NCBI GenBank assembly: GCA_021786105.1
Contig: JAJYNW010000003.1
Span: forward strand, 1-54,345
Reading direction: 5' to 3'
From: a bacterium
GTDB taxonomy: Bacteria; Patescibacteriota; Microgenomatia; Daviesbacterales; UBA10151
Length of the DNA: 54,345 bases
Shown: in pieces, positions 38,163-47,408 of the stretch
Layout of the letters: the number at the start of each line of letters is the position of its first letter
Numbering within the stretch: position 1 is the stretch's first letter
Notes under the pieces: generated by a model
What the model saw: the letters and a program-made list of their open reading frames with translations, nothing else
Database searches by the model: none
What the model was told of the DNA's origin: nothing
Made by a program: the position numbers and the translations under genes

Positions 38163-38891
38163 ATGAAAATCATTTTTCTTGGCACAGGGGCAAGCGGCGG
38201 TACTCCGGGAACAGATAAATCTCTTCGGCTAGAAAGCTCTCTTCTTATTAAAAACAAGCTAAATATTTTAATTGATGTAACCAGAAATTTTGTTGAACAA
38301 TCCAAAAAGATAGATAAAACTGATGACATCCTTCTAACTCACGGCCACCAAGATGCCTGTGGCGGAATTAATCAACTACGGAGTTGGTGGCAATCAAAAA
38401 ATCTTCCACCCATTCCGGTTTTTGCTCACCGGAAGGTGATTACCCGAATCCAAAAAAAATTCAAACAACTAGATCATTGTAAATTCATTGAAATCAAAGA
38501 TCACCAAAGTTTTAATTTAGGTCAATCCAAGATCACTGCTTGCCAAGTACCTCATACAAAAGATAAAAACTTCCCTACCTTTGCCTGGAAGATACAAGAT
38601 CAAAAAATCGTGATTTACGCCTCGGATATAGCTATTCCGACAACGAAATTCAAAAACTTTTGCAAAGATGCGAATCTTTTAATAATTGATGGTGCTACCT
38701 GGAAAAGAAAAATTTTTACCCATCTTAGGATAGATCAGGATTTACCTAAAATTTGCCAATGGCCGGTTAATAAAATAATTCTCACCCAAATCGGTAAATC
38801 GGTACCGCCTCACGAAAAGTTTACGATGGAGGTTGCCAAAATTTGTCCCAAGGCAATACCTGCCTATGATGGAATAGTAATACCACTATAA
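38163..38891 (+). CDS. Metallo-beta-lactamase-fold hydrolase (PhnP-like)
   Basis: FLGTGASGG, LID, THGHQDA, PH, YASD, H, AYDG. Confidence 0.82.
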   Translation: MKIIFLGTGASGGTPGTDKSLRLESSLLIKNKLNILIDVTRNFVEQSKKIDKTDDILLTHGHQDACGGINQLRSWWQSKNLPPIPVFAHRKVITRIQKKFKQLDHCKFIEIKDHQSFNLGQSKITACQVPHTKDKNFPTFAWKIQDQKIVIYASDIAIPTTKFKNFCKDANLLIIDGATWKRKIFTHLRIDQDLPKICQWPVNKIILTQIGKSVPPHEKFTMEVAKICPKAIPAYDGIVIPL

Positions 38892-39749
38892 TCCTTTATC
38901 GTTAGCTGTTTGTTTTCGTCTTTCCGGTTCAGGTGAATACGGCACCGGGATATACTGCACTGACGGACGCCGTCCGGAAGATTGAGGATACAGCTCCATC
39001 AGCTGATAAATCTCCCCTGGCAAACCGACCTGGACCGGCAGGCCAATTCTTTTGGCAATCTCATAATCTATCGGGTAATCATGAGTCCACTGGCCCGAAC
39101 TCAACAAATTAGCTATTTCCACAGCCCTTTCTTTTTTCATGTTATTACCGACCAAAATATCCACTATCGCCTCGCAAACCTGTTTTAACCCTTTCTTGGC
39201 TACATCCGCCAAAACGAGAGTTTTGTCATCAATATTTTTCATCGGCTTTTGCTTTAAAACATTCAGCAAAGAAACTGCTGGATACTCCCCGATTTGCGGA
39301 TCCAGCGGCGATAATACGGCATTTTCATCCATCACAATCTCATCCCCGGCAAAAGCAATTAAACTACCGCCAGACATAGCATAATGCGGAATAAAAATTG
39401 TGACTTTTGCTTGATGTTTAATCAAAGCTTTGGCTATTTGCTCAGATGCCAACACCAACCCTCCCGGAGTGTGAACAATCATATCGATTGGGGTATCAAC
39501 CGGGGTCAACCTTATAGCCCTTAGAATACTCTCCGAATCCTCAATATCAATAAAGCGGGAAAAAGGCAAACCTAAAAAAGAAAATACCTCTTGCCGGTGA
39601 ATTAACACTATCACCCGGCTTTTTCTTTTCTGCTCTAATTGTTTTATTAAACTAAATCTTTGGAATTCCAAGTATCTGTATTGCAATATTGGCACTATAG
39701 TGAAAATAAAAAATAATATGAATAACAAATCAATAATGGAAATATTCAT
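38886..39749 (-). CDS. Membrane-anchored SDH-family ClpP-fold serine protease
   Basis: IHRQE, HTPGG, PHYAMSGG.LIA, PLDPQ, WTHDYPI. Confidence 0.88.
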   Translation of the reverse strand: MNISIIDLLFILFFIFTIVPILQYRYLEFQRFSLIKQLEQKRKSRVIVLIHRQEVFSFLGLPFSRFIDIEDSESILRAIRLTPVDTPIDMIVHTPGGLVLASEQIAKALIKHQAKVTIFIPHYAMSGGSLIAFAGDEIVMDENAVLSPLDPQIGEYPAVSLLNVLKQKPMKNIDDKTLVLADVAKKGLKQVCEAIVDILVGNNMKKERAVEIANLLSSGQWTHDYPIDYEIAKRIGLPVQVGLPGEIYQLMELYPQSSGRRPSVQYIPVPYSPEPERRKQTANDKGL

Positions 39750-40504
39750 AATAACTTGGCCAATTTTTCATCAACCTTCGAAGCCACCCTTTTACTGTGT
39801 AACAAAACATCATTTAGAGGAATATTTAACTCTGTGATAAATTGGCCCAAAATCATTTGGTTCAATGGATAAGGTAAATGCTTTTTGATTTTAGGTATCA
39901 TTTCAGCATGGCCGCCGATAATTAGAAAGTGAATATCTTTACCCATAAAAAAATCAAAGGTTTTTTTGGCAATCGTTTGTAAATGACGGTGCAGATGATC
40001 TTCGATATGACGGAAAATTTTATCATCCCTACCCCAGTCAATTTTTTTCGCCTTCACATTTTGCGGCACTTCCCCATCAAACACTAACTTTTCCTCTTCG
40101 ATTTTTCCTAAATTAACTGTAAACAACCTGGCCTTTTTTCTATCCACCAGCAAAACCAAGTATTTACTATATTTTTTTACTGCGTCCTCTATCGGCTTTA
40201 AATAAGGCTGGGAAGAAGTTTTAACCAGGGGAGGCAAGTAAAACTCAAAATCTAAAACTTGCCATAAATCTTTGCCCGCAGTAAAAAAAACTAAGGACCT
40301 GGCACTGCTTTTATTAATAGATTCATGTAAATATTCCTCAATTCTGGCACTATCACTTTGCCACTCTTTTTGCTCTATATCTTTCAAATTCTGATGAATT
40401 AACGAGTGGAATTGGGATATGTAGAAACTGGGATACGGAACCTGTTTACCAGAACTGCTTAAATAGACAGACAAAATTGAAGTTTTTTTGTCCATTCTGT
40501 TCAT
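39746..40504 (-). CDS. Bacterial aeRF1-like (baeRF / Balon-like) protein lacking the C-terminal domain
   Basis: LSVYL N-domain, PYLKP, YLVLLVDRKKARLF, FRHIEDHLHRHL, LIIGG; no NIKS or GGQ; 252 aa. Confidence 0.72.
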   Translation of the reverse strand: MNRMDKKTSILSVYLSSSGKQVPYPSFYISQFHSLIHQNLKDIEQKEWQSDSARIEEYLHESINKSSARSLVFFTAGKDLWQVLDFEFYLPPLVKTSSQPYLKPIEDAVKKYSKYLVLLVDRKKARLFTVNLGKIEEEKLVFDGEVPQNVKAKKIDWGRDDKIFRHIEDHLHRHLQTIAKKTFDFFMGKDIHFLIIGGHAEMIPKIKKHLPYPLNQMILGQFITELNIPLNDVLLHSKRVASKVDEKLAKLL

Positions 40505-40914
40505 GAGAACCTTCCCCTAATTGAACCATGATCCGGATATTGGCTTTCTGTTGCAAAATGCAAATCCTTATATTTTTTTAATTCCTTAAAAATTAATTCA
40601 AAACAGCGGTCAACACACTCTTCGATAGTCTGACCTTTAGAATGCACATAAAGCTGATTCTTATCCAACCGGAAAGTAATCGCGCCTTCAAAAAAAGCTA
40701 GGGCTGGTTTTGTATCGGCATAAGTTTTATGCCGCTGCTGGTGTGTTCTTGGAGGGTGATACCGGTCAATATTTCTTCTGAGTGTTAACCGAAATACGAT
40801 TAAATCCTCCTGTATATCCGGCAGCGACTGGGTAACTTTTTGAAGATGTCGGTTTATATATTGGTTTATTTTTGATGATATACGGCAATTTTCACAAGTC
40901 AGTTTAAAAATCAT
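40501..40914 (-). CDS. HPF/RaiA-like ribosome hibernation protein with a loop insertion
   Basis: Beta-alpha-beta-beta-beta-alpha pattern: ISSKINQYINRHLQKV...LYVHSKGQTIEECVD...KELKKYK. Confidence 0.68.
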   Translation of the reverse strand: MIFKLTCENCRISSKINQYINRHLQKVTQSLPDIQEDLIVFRLTLRRNIDRYHPPRTHQQRHKTYADTKPALAFFEGAITFRLDKNQLYVHSKGQTIEECVDRCFELIFKELKKYKDLHFATESQYPDHGSIRGRFS

Positions 40915-41118
40915 CTATTAAAAAAATTTTCATCTCTAATGCCCAGTTGAGGGGTAAACTCAAGAAATGTTTAGGCAGATGCGTAAATAAAAAATTTTAG
41001 ATCTCCCTTTATTTCTCAAAATGGCTTGATATCTCTTAGCAAAAGCGAATCTGTCGCTTATCAAGCCTTTGTCTACCCCCAAACCTGAGCAATATGATTT
41101 ATATACCAGGCCGGAGTT

Positions 41119-41146
41119 TTTTGCAGTGATATTTATCACTGCAAAA
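41119..41146. promoter_or_regulatory. Perfect inverted repeat with CRP/FNR-like core between divergent genes
   Basis: TTTTGCAGTGATA-TT-TATCACTGCAAAA (13-bp arms; GTGA-N6-TCAC core). Confidence 0.6.
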
Positions 41147-41162
41147 TAATTGTTAAATTATT

Positions 41163-41873
41163 ATGTTTAAAAAGCTTAGAAAAATAATGCATAACTTAGA
41201 TGTGCCAAAGGATGATCATGACAAAGACTACATTGTAACCATTCCGACAAACGGTGTTTTTGTGGAGGGTATCTTAAGAATTCCGCACAGCGCCCGCGGC
41301 CTTGTTCTGTTTGCCCATGGCAGCGGTAGCAGCAGGAATAGTCCCCGGAATAACTTTGTAGCAGGAATTTTAAGGCAAGCCAGAGTTGGCACATTGCTTT
41401 TTGACCTATTAACCGAAGAAGAGGATTTGATTTACGAAAACCGTTTTAATATTGAACTCCTAACCGAGAGATTAATTAAAACTACTGAATGGATTAATAG
41501 ACAACCGCAAGGTAAAAAACTATCCATTGGTTATTTTGGAGCCAGCACCGGAGCCGCCTCAGCTTTTAAAGCTGCAGCCAGATTAGGATCAAAGATTAAA
41601 GCAGTCGTATCAAGAGGTGGCCGACCGGACTTGAGCTTAGATGAAATAGAAAAAGTTAAATCCGCAACTCTGCTGATTGTAGGCGAGAATGATCCAGAAG
41701 TAATTACCTTAAACCAACAGGCTTATTCAACACTTAATACCACTAAGAAATTAGAAATTGTTCCGGGAGCCAGCCACCTTTTTGAAGAATCCGGAACGCT
41801 GCAAAAGGTAGCAGAGTTAGCCAGGGATTGGTTTAAAAAATATTTAGCCCATGATAAAAAAGGCGCCCTCTAA
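41163..41873 (+). CDS. Dienelactone hydrolase-like alpha/beta hydrolase (second paralog)
   Basis: FAHGSGSSRNSPRN, GYFGASTG, SRGGRPDL, HLFEE. Confidence 0.88.
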   Translation: MFKKLRKIMHNLDVPKDDHDKDYIVTIPTNGVFVEGILRIPHSARGLVLFAHGSGSSRNSPRNNFVAGILRQARVGTLLFDLLTEEEDLIYENRFNIELLTERLIKTTEWINRQPQGKKLSIGYFGASTGAASAFKAAARLGSKIKAVVSRGGRPDLSLDEIEKVKSATLLIVGENDPEVITLNQQAYSTLNTTKKLEIVPGASHLFEESGTLQKVAELARDWFKKYLAHDKKGAL

Positions 41874-42294
41874 AAAAATATATTCAACTGATTTAGGGAT
41901 TGATCTTGAGTCTAAAGAAGAAAACGAGTTATTTAAATGGTTTTTGGCCTGTCTTTTGTTCGGTAGACCAATCCAACAAGGAGTGGCCAAAAAAACATAT
42001 TTTGAATTTATTAAGGAAAGTTTAACTTCTCCGGAGGCAATTTTACAAGCCGGTTGGGATAAATTAGTTAAAATTTTAGATAGAGGACACTATATCCGGT
42101 ATGATTACTCAACCGCCACCAAATTATTAGAAGTTTGCCAAACCCTCAAAGAAAAATACGGTACCCTGGCGAATCTAATAAACACCTCACAAAACTTCAA
42201 AGATTTACAAAACCGTTTGCTGGAATTTAAAGGCATTGGCCCGGTTACTACGGAGATTCTCTTACGGGATTTGAAACTACACAAAGTGATTTAA
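41851..42294 (+). CDS. Small helix-hairpin-helix (HhH-GPD-like) protein
   Basis: LFKWFLACLLFG.PI, Y.RYD..TA, FKGIGPVT HhH motif. Confidence 0.7.
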   Translation: MIKKAPSKKIYSTDLGIDLESKEENELFKWFLACLLFGRPIQQGVAKKTYFEFIKESLTSPEAILQAGWDKLVKILDRGHYIRYDYSTATKLLEVCQTLKEKYGTLANLINTSQNFKDLQNRLLEFKGIGPVTTEILLRDLKLHKVI

Positions 42295-42307
42295 CTAAAA
42301 AACCCTT

Positions 42308-42457
42308 TAAAAAACAAAAAGATCTGTCTTGAAACAGATCTTTCTGCTGAAGCACGCTGTTTTACCTTTGCACTTCTCAAACTAATCCCTTCAAAGTTAG
42401 TCTCTAGAACACCATACTTTGTCGGTAAGTCCTAAAACTTATGCGCACAGCTGGACA
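42308..42457 (-). ncRNA. Candidate orphan structured ncRNA with own promoter and terminator
   Basis: TTGACA (42487-42492), 17-bp spacer, TATTGT; several stems; terminator AAAGATCTGT/ACAGATCTTT plus T-rich tail. Confidence 0.45.
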
Positions 42458-42488
42458 TATTTTACAATAGTAATTTTTAAAAGGTTTG

Positions 42489-43688
42489 TCAAGCCCTCTG
42501 TTGGCCCATGTCTATTACTAATCCACCCCAGGTAAAGTTTTGAGCTCCTAAACCTTCTCCTATAAAAGGGTTAAAATATTCACGGAACCCTGATTTTTGG
42601 ATTAAGGCAACGGAGGATTTTTTAATTTCTTCTGCTACATCACTAAAGCCATAATTTAGTAAACCTTTATAAATGAACCAATTAGCCCCTACCCAAGTTG
42701 GCCCTCTCCAAAAACCGGAAGGATCAAAAGATGGTTCATCTAGAGAGGTAGTGGGGACCGGAAAATTTGTCCAAAATTCATTTTTATTAAGCAAGTGATC
42801 GTCAACTAATTTTTTTGCCTCTCCCTGAGTGATAATTTTAGCATAAAGCGGGGCAAAAATAGCCCAAGTTTTAACTTTAATTTTTTTATAATTCTCTCCA
42901 TAAGTAGACCAAAAAATATCATCTTCCAGCATGAACTCTCTCATGGCTAAGGATATAGCCTCTGCCTCTTTTGCAAAATAATCAGCATCTTCATCCTGGT
43001 CTATCTTCTTGGCAATTTCGGCAAGCAGTTTTAGGTTTGTCACCATAATGGAGTTAAAGGGTACGTCTTTAACCCAGAAAAAATTTCTCATGCAAAACGG
43101 AGCATCAAAGTGACACTCTATATTTTGCTTAACCAGCCTAAGCCGCTGTTCGGTGTTTGCTTTCAGTGTTTGTTTTACCGGCAAATTCAAAGGCAAATCA
43201 AACCTGGGGGAATTATCTTCGCCTGACTCATCAGGATTCATAATGCCGATTAGGTGTTTTTCGTGAGGATCACGTTCAATCAGTAGATACTTGTAGAAGT
43301 GATATAAATGGGGATACACCGATTTCAAAAAAATTATGTCTTTGTCTATTTGAAATATTTGCCAAACTGCATAAGCTAACATCGGAGGTTGGGTAATGGT
43401 GCTGGTGCCGTCCTTGCCCCAACTGATCCTGGGAAAATTTGTTTTGTTTGTTTTATCCCAATAAATCATGTGCGGGATCATGCCATTTTGGAATTGTCTG
43501 AACAGAATGGAAAAGATCTCCTTTTTGGCGGATATTAAATCAAAATGACTTAAGATAATTGAGTGAAAACAGGAATCCCAAAACCACTGATACGGATAGG
43601 TGGCAGGAGCAGGAACAGTATATTGGAATTTCCCCTTTAACCGCCGGTTGGCTATAAATAATTGCCTGCAGGCGAGGTTGAGATTCAT
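42489..43688 (-). CDS. GH63/MGH1-like glycoside hydrolase (trehalase-like)
   Basis: YPYQWFWDS, TQPP, ESGEDNSPRFD, FWRGPTW, EYFNP. Confidence 0.85.
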   Translation of the reverse strand: MNLNLACRQLFIANRRLKGKFQYTVPAPATYPYQWFWDSCFHSIILSHFDLISAKKEIFSILFRQFQNGMIPHMIYWDKTNKTNFPRISWGKDGTSTITQPPMLAYAVWQIFQIDKDIIFLKSVYPHLYHFYKYLLIERDPHEKHLIGIMNPDESGEDNSPRFDLPLNLPVKQTLKANTEQRLRLVKQNIECHFDAPFCMRNFFWVKDVPFNSIMVTNLKLLAEIAKKIDQDEDADYFAKEAEAISLAMREFMLEDDIFWSTYGENYKKIKVKTWAIFAPLYAKIITQGEAKKLVDDHLLNKNEFWTNFPVPTTSLDEPSFDPSGFWRGPTWVGANWFIYKGLLNYGFSDVAEEIKKSSVALIQKSGFREYFNPFIGEGLGAQNFTWGGLVIDMGQQRA

Positions 43689-43696
43689 ACACTAAA

Positions 43697-44881
43697 TTAT
43701 TCCAAATGCGTTTTAAAGAAATCAACGGTAGTTTTGACAATTGACTCCAAACTTGGGTCAATCACGGCGCCCTCCGGGTTTGGTTCAAACCCGTGGTTGG
43801 CATTTTTAACAATCAGAAACTGCGCGTTGTCATTTTCCGACTTGAGTTTATCATAAAGAGTGGCAGCTTCTGCCGCCGGAGTAAGTGTATCTTTATCTCC
43901 CTGGACTATTAAGAAAGGCGGCTCATTTGCTGTTACATAATTAACGGGCCTGGCCTCATGCATTATGGCCGGATCAAAATTGTAAATCATGGTCATCATC
44001 TCACTGATCGGATAGTCCTTGTTGTCAAATGGGTTATGCCAGCCTCCCGGGGTATGCTGCACGATTATACGGGCAATCGGTGACTCCGGCAGGTCACCTA
44101 TGTAGTAACCAGCTACGGCGTTTGGTTTGGTGGGGATTTTTAGATACTGCTCGTAGGTTAAATTAGCCCCGGCGATTTGGACACTGGGGGAATTCTCCCA
44201 ACTCTCCACTCCGCTGGTTGCACCCACCAGTGCGCTTAACTGTCCACCGACGCTGTCGCCAAAAACGCCGATTTTATTTTGGTCGACGCCGATGCCATAG
44301 GAGTAATACTTTAAAAACCTGACACCGCATAAAACATCCTGGATCATGGCAGGGTATTTATATTGGGGTGCCAGCTGATAATTTACTGATGCCACGATAA
44401 AACCATTTTCTACCAGGCCAACTATTACTTTAGCCGGGGCTGTATCTATCTCTGCTTTATCTCCGGCAAGCATCCCACCGCCATGAATATATACTACCAT
44501 CGGTCTGACGCTGCCGGGCTTGAGTGGTTGATTAGCATATAGATCCAGTAGTAGTTTTTGGTCTCCGGAGCTGCAGTAGATGACATCCTGGACCTTATAC
44601 ATACTTTTAGTTTCAGCAGCGGCAGAGGTGTCCTCGTTGCGAATTTGAAAGTCTGTTTCTTTCCAATTAAGGGGAAGGCTATTTTTATAGTCAGTAGTTT
44701 CATATTTTAGTGCACTGTTGGGGTTGGTATTTGTTTGGGATGGTATAGAAGCTTTGAAAATCATTCTCCTATCCGGTGGAGCAAAGAGGTCCTGAAAGAT
44801 AAAAAGCATTATCAAAAGAATTATTACTCCGGGAATAAGTAGAAGCTTGATAAAACCCTGGCTGTTAGATATTTTGGACAT
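43697..44881 (-). CDS. Exported alpha/beta hydrolase (esterase)
   Basis: HGGG oxyanion motif, GDSVGG, GDKD, NHGF; N-terminal QGF followed by a hydrophobic stretch. Confidence 0.85.
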   Translation of the reverse strand: MSKISNSQGFIKLLLIPGVIILLIMLFIFQDLFAPPDRRMIFKASIPSQTNTNPNSALKYETTDYKNSLPLNWKETDFQIRNEDTSAAAETKSMYKVQDVIYCSSGDQKLLLDLYANQPLKPGSVRPMVVYIHGGGMLAGDKAEIDTAPAKVIVGLVENGFIVASVNYQLAPQYKYPAMIQDVLCGVRFLKYYSYGIGVDQNKIGVFGDSVGGQLSALVGATSGVESWENSPSVQIAGANLTYEQYLKIPTKPNAVAGYYIGDLPESPIARIIVQHTPGGWHNPFDNKDYPISEMMTMIYNFDPAIMHEARPVNYVTANEPPFLIVQGDKDTLTPAAEAATLYDKLKSENDNAQFLIVKNANHGFEPNPEGAVIDPSLESIVKTTVDFFKTHLE

Positions 44882-44997
44882 TAATTTAAACTATCTCACA
44901 AACTTTTGAGGATTTCAATTCATATGAAGTGATATAGTGGAATTAATGTCCCAGCAAAGAGGTTTTGTTCCACTTACAAGTGCTAAGCTGAATTTTA

Positions 44998-47394
44998 TTA
45001 GTTTGGCAGAAGCTGTATCTTCCTAGCTTTCAGGGCAGCCTTGTCTGCTAACCGTTTTTGCAAATCCTTCATTAGTTCACTAATCTGCATCCAGAAAAAT
45101 GCCCAAACCCAGGCAATAATTATCCAGACAAGGGGGACTTTAGCAGGCATTAAAAAGCCTGTGAAGGCAAAAAGGGTGGCGACTAGCTGAGTCAAAGAGG
45201 TAGCCCAGATAACCTCTTTGCTTGGTAGGAACTTGAACCATCTTTCTTTGGTATGGGCTACATAAATTAACATATGCCCGGAAACGGTTAACTTCAGAAA
45301 ATAAATGGTTTGGATCAGTTCCCAATTAAGATGAAGAATATTTTGCATGATAAAAAATAATAATAAGCTATTAATAACTCCTGTCATTCCATAAAGAGAG
45401 CTTAAAATAAACCGCTGCCTCACATTTATCTTGGCCGGATAGGAGACTGTTTTCACCTTGTCAAAAGCTAGAGAAATGATAGGAATATCGTTTAACAAAG
45501 CCACAATAATAATCTGTAGAGCAGTTAGCGGATAAACTCTATAAAGTAAACCCAGTATGACAATTGTCATAATTAAACGGTAGCTTTCCGAAATACGGTA
45601 TAGAGAATAGGTGTAAAGCCGCTCAAAAATTTTTCTGCTTTCAATAATGGCATCACGGATGACTTCAATACCCTCCGAAAGCAAGACTATATCCGCCGTG
45701 GCTTTCAAGGCTGTAACGGCATTTTTGACGGCCAGGCCCACACTGGCTGCTTTAACTGCCGGTAAATCATTAACCCCGTCTCCGTTTACGGCAACGGTAA
45801 AAAATTCCTTGGCTTTTTGTACCAGTCTAAACTTATCTTCCGGCAAGATTTCGGCAAAGGCGCCTGTTTTGGTATAAAAAGTTGGTTGTAAGTTATCCCA
45901 GTTTAACTTATCCAGTTCTTCTTTGGTAATAATTTTTCCATCATCAAGAGATAACTGGCGAGCAATTTGGGAAGCGATCGCCCGGTTATCACCGGTGACC
46001 ATGGTTACATTGATACCATTATTTTCCAAAAACTGGACCGCTGATTTAGCATCTTCCCGCAGGGTATCAGATAGAGCCAAAAGTCCCACTATCTTCATAT
46101 CTTTTTCCGTTGGAGTGTTAGAAGAAATGGCAACAGCTAGAGTTCTATATCCATTTTGAGCCAATGTCTCTACTTCACGGGAAAATTTTGCTTTTGTTTC
46201 CTTATTAAAATTGCATAGCTTTTCAATTACCTGAGGAGCACCAGAGGTGATTGCCATCTGTTGGCCGGCAGTTTCGATGGTAATGGTACTCCGTTTTCTT
46301 TCCGAATCGGCAGGAATGAAATCAATTTTGGAAAATGCTGGAGGTGAGATTTGGAGTGAATGTGTTTTTTCCAGAATGGCCTGGTCAATGGAATTATTGT
46401 CATCTGAGAAGGCAGCAATTGAGGCATACTTTAGGACATTGTTGTAGGTAAACTCATCATAGGCATAAATATCAGCAACGGTAATTTTGTTCTGAGTTAA
46501 CGTTCCGGTTTTATCGGTTAATAAAAGATTTACATTGGATAAATCCTCCAAAGCCGACAGTCGCCTAACAATAACATCCTTCTTGGCCAGATTTAAAACA
46601 CCAAACTCAATAATCAAGGTCATTACGGTCGGCAAACTAATGGGGATACCGGCAATCACTAAACTTAAATCCAGTGTTAAAAGTTCCAGCAGGGGAACTT
46701 TTTGCAGAATGAAAATAATACTGAGAATTACAACCGCCACAGCGCTTAATATTGTTAGGAATTTAGAAATGCTTAAAATATCTTTTTCCAGTAAACTTTC
46801 TCTTCTGATTCTTTCCACTCCAAAGATGGTTTTACCAAAATTAGTATTCCTGCCGGTGGCAGTGAGTTTGATAACGGCAATACCGGCTACCAGGAATGAG
46901 CCAGAATAAACTGCGTCATGCAATTTTTTATCTTTAGGGAGAGATTCTCCGGTCAATGCGGCCTCATTAACAGAAACATGATTTGCCTCAACAATTTCTC
47001 CATCAGCCGGGATAATTTCCCCTGCAGAAAGCTGGATAATGTCGCCTGGAACAAGCAAGCGGGAATCAACGATATGCCAGATTTGATCCCGAAACACCCT
47101 AATCTTTTGGGCTAGATGCTCGTTTAATTTTTTAATAGCATTATCCGCTTTATTTTCCTGCCATAGGGATATGCCAATATTGAAAATAAGTAAGGAGAGG
47201 ATAAAGTTAAAATCAAAAATTTTGCGAGTAGCTAAAGACAAAAGGGCAGCAGCAAGAAGCATCAAAGAGATAGGAGAAATAACCTTTTTTGTCAGTTTCT
47301 CAAAAATAGAAGGTTGTTTCTCAGGGACTTCATTGGAACCTACAGCTTTGAACTTTTCCTCTGCTTCTTTGGTAGTAAGGCCGGAATATTCCAT
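44998..47394 (-). CDS. P3A-type (plasma-membrane H+-ATPase-like) P-type ATPase
   Basis: LTGESLP, GIPISLP, DKTGTLT, TGD, GDGVND, ALLND (conserved M6 Asp). Confidence 0.85.
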   Translation of the reverse strand: MEYSGLTTKEAEEKFKAVGSNEVPEKQPSIFEKLTKKVISPISLMLLAAALLSLATRKIFDFNFILSLLIFNIGISLWQENKADNAIKKLNEHLAQKIRVFRDQIWHIVDSRLLVPGDIIQLSAGEIIPADGEIVEANHVSVNEAALTGESLPKDKKLHDAVYSGSFLVAGIAVIKLTATGRNTNFGKTIFGVERIRRESLLEKDILSISKFLTILSAVAVVILSIIFILQKVPLLELLTLDLSLVIAGIPISLPTVMTLIIEFGVLNLAKKDVIVRRLSALEDLSNVNLLLTDKTGTLTQNKITVADIYAYDEFTYNNVLKYASIAAFSDDNNSIDQAILEKTHSLQISPPAFSKIDFIPADSERKRSTITIETAGQQMAITSGAPQVIEKLCNFNKETKAKFSREVETLAQNGYRTLAVAISSNTPTEKDMKIVGLLALSDTLREDAKSAVQFLENNGINVTMVTGDNRAIASQIARQLSLDDGKIITKEELDKLNWDNLQPTFYTKTGAFAEILPEDKFRLVQKAKEFFTVAVNGDGVNDLPAVKAASVGLAVKNAVTALKATADIVLLSEGIEVIRDAIIESRKIFERLYTYSLYRISESYRLIMTIVILGLLYRVYPLTALQIIIVALLNDIPIISLAFDKVKTVSYPAKINVRQRFILSSLYGMTGVINSLLLFFIMQNILHLNWELIQTIYFLKLTVSGHMLIYVAHTKERWFKFLPSKEVIWATSLTQLVATLFAFTGFLMPAKVPLVWIIIAWVWAFFWMQISELMKDLQKRLADKAALKARKIQLLPN

Positions 47395-47408
47395 AAATGG
47401 GCAGTCAT

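Noticed and set aside
44960-44987. AGTGCTAA as a second CIRCE
   Set aside because: Only one half-site is present
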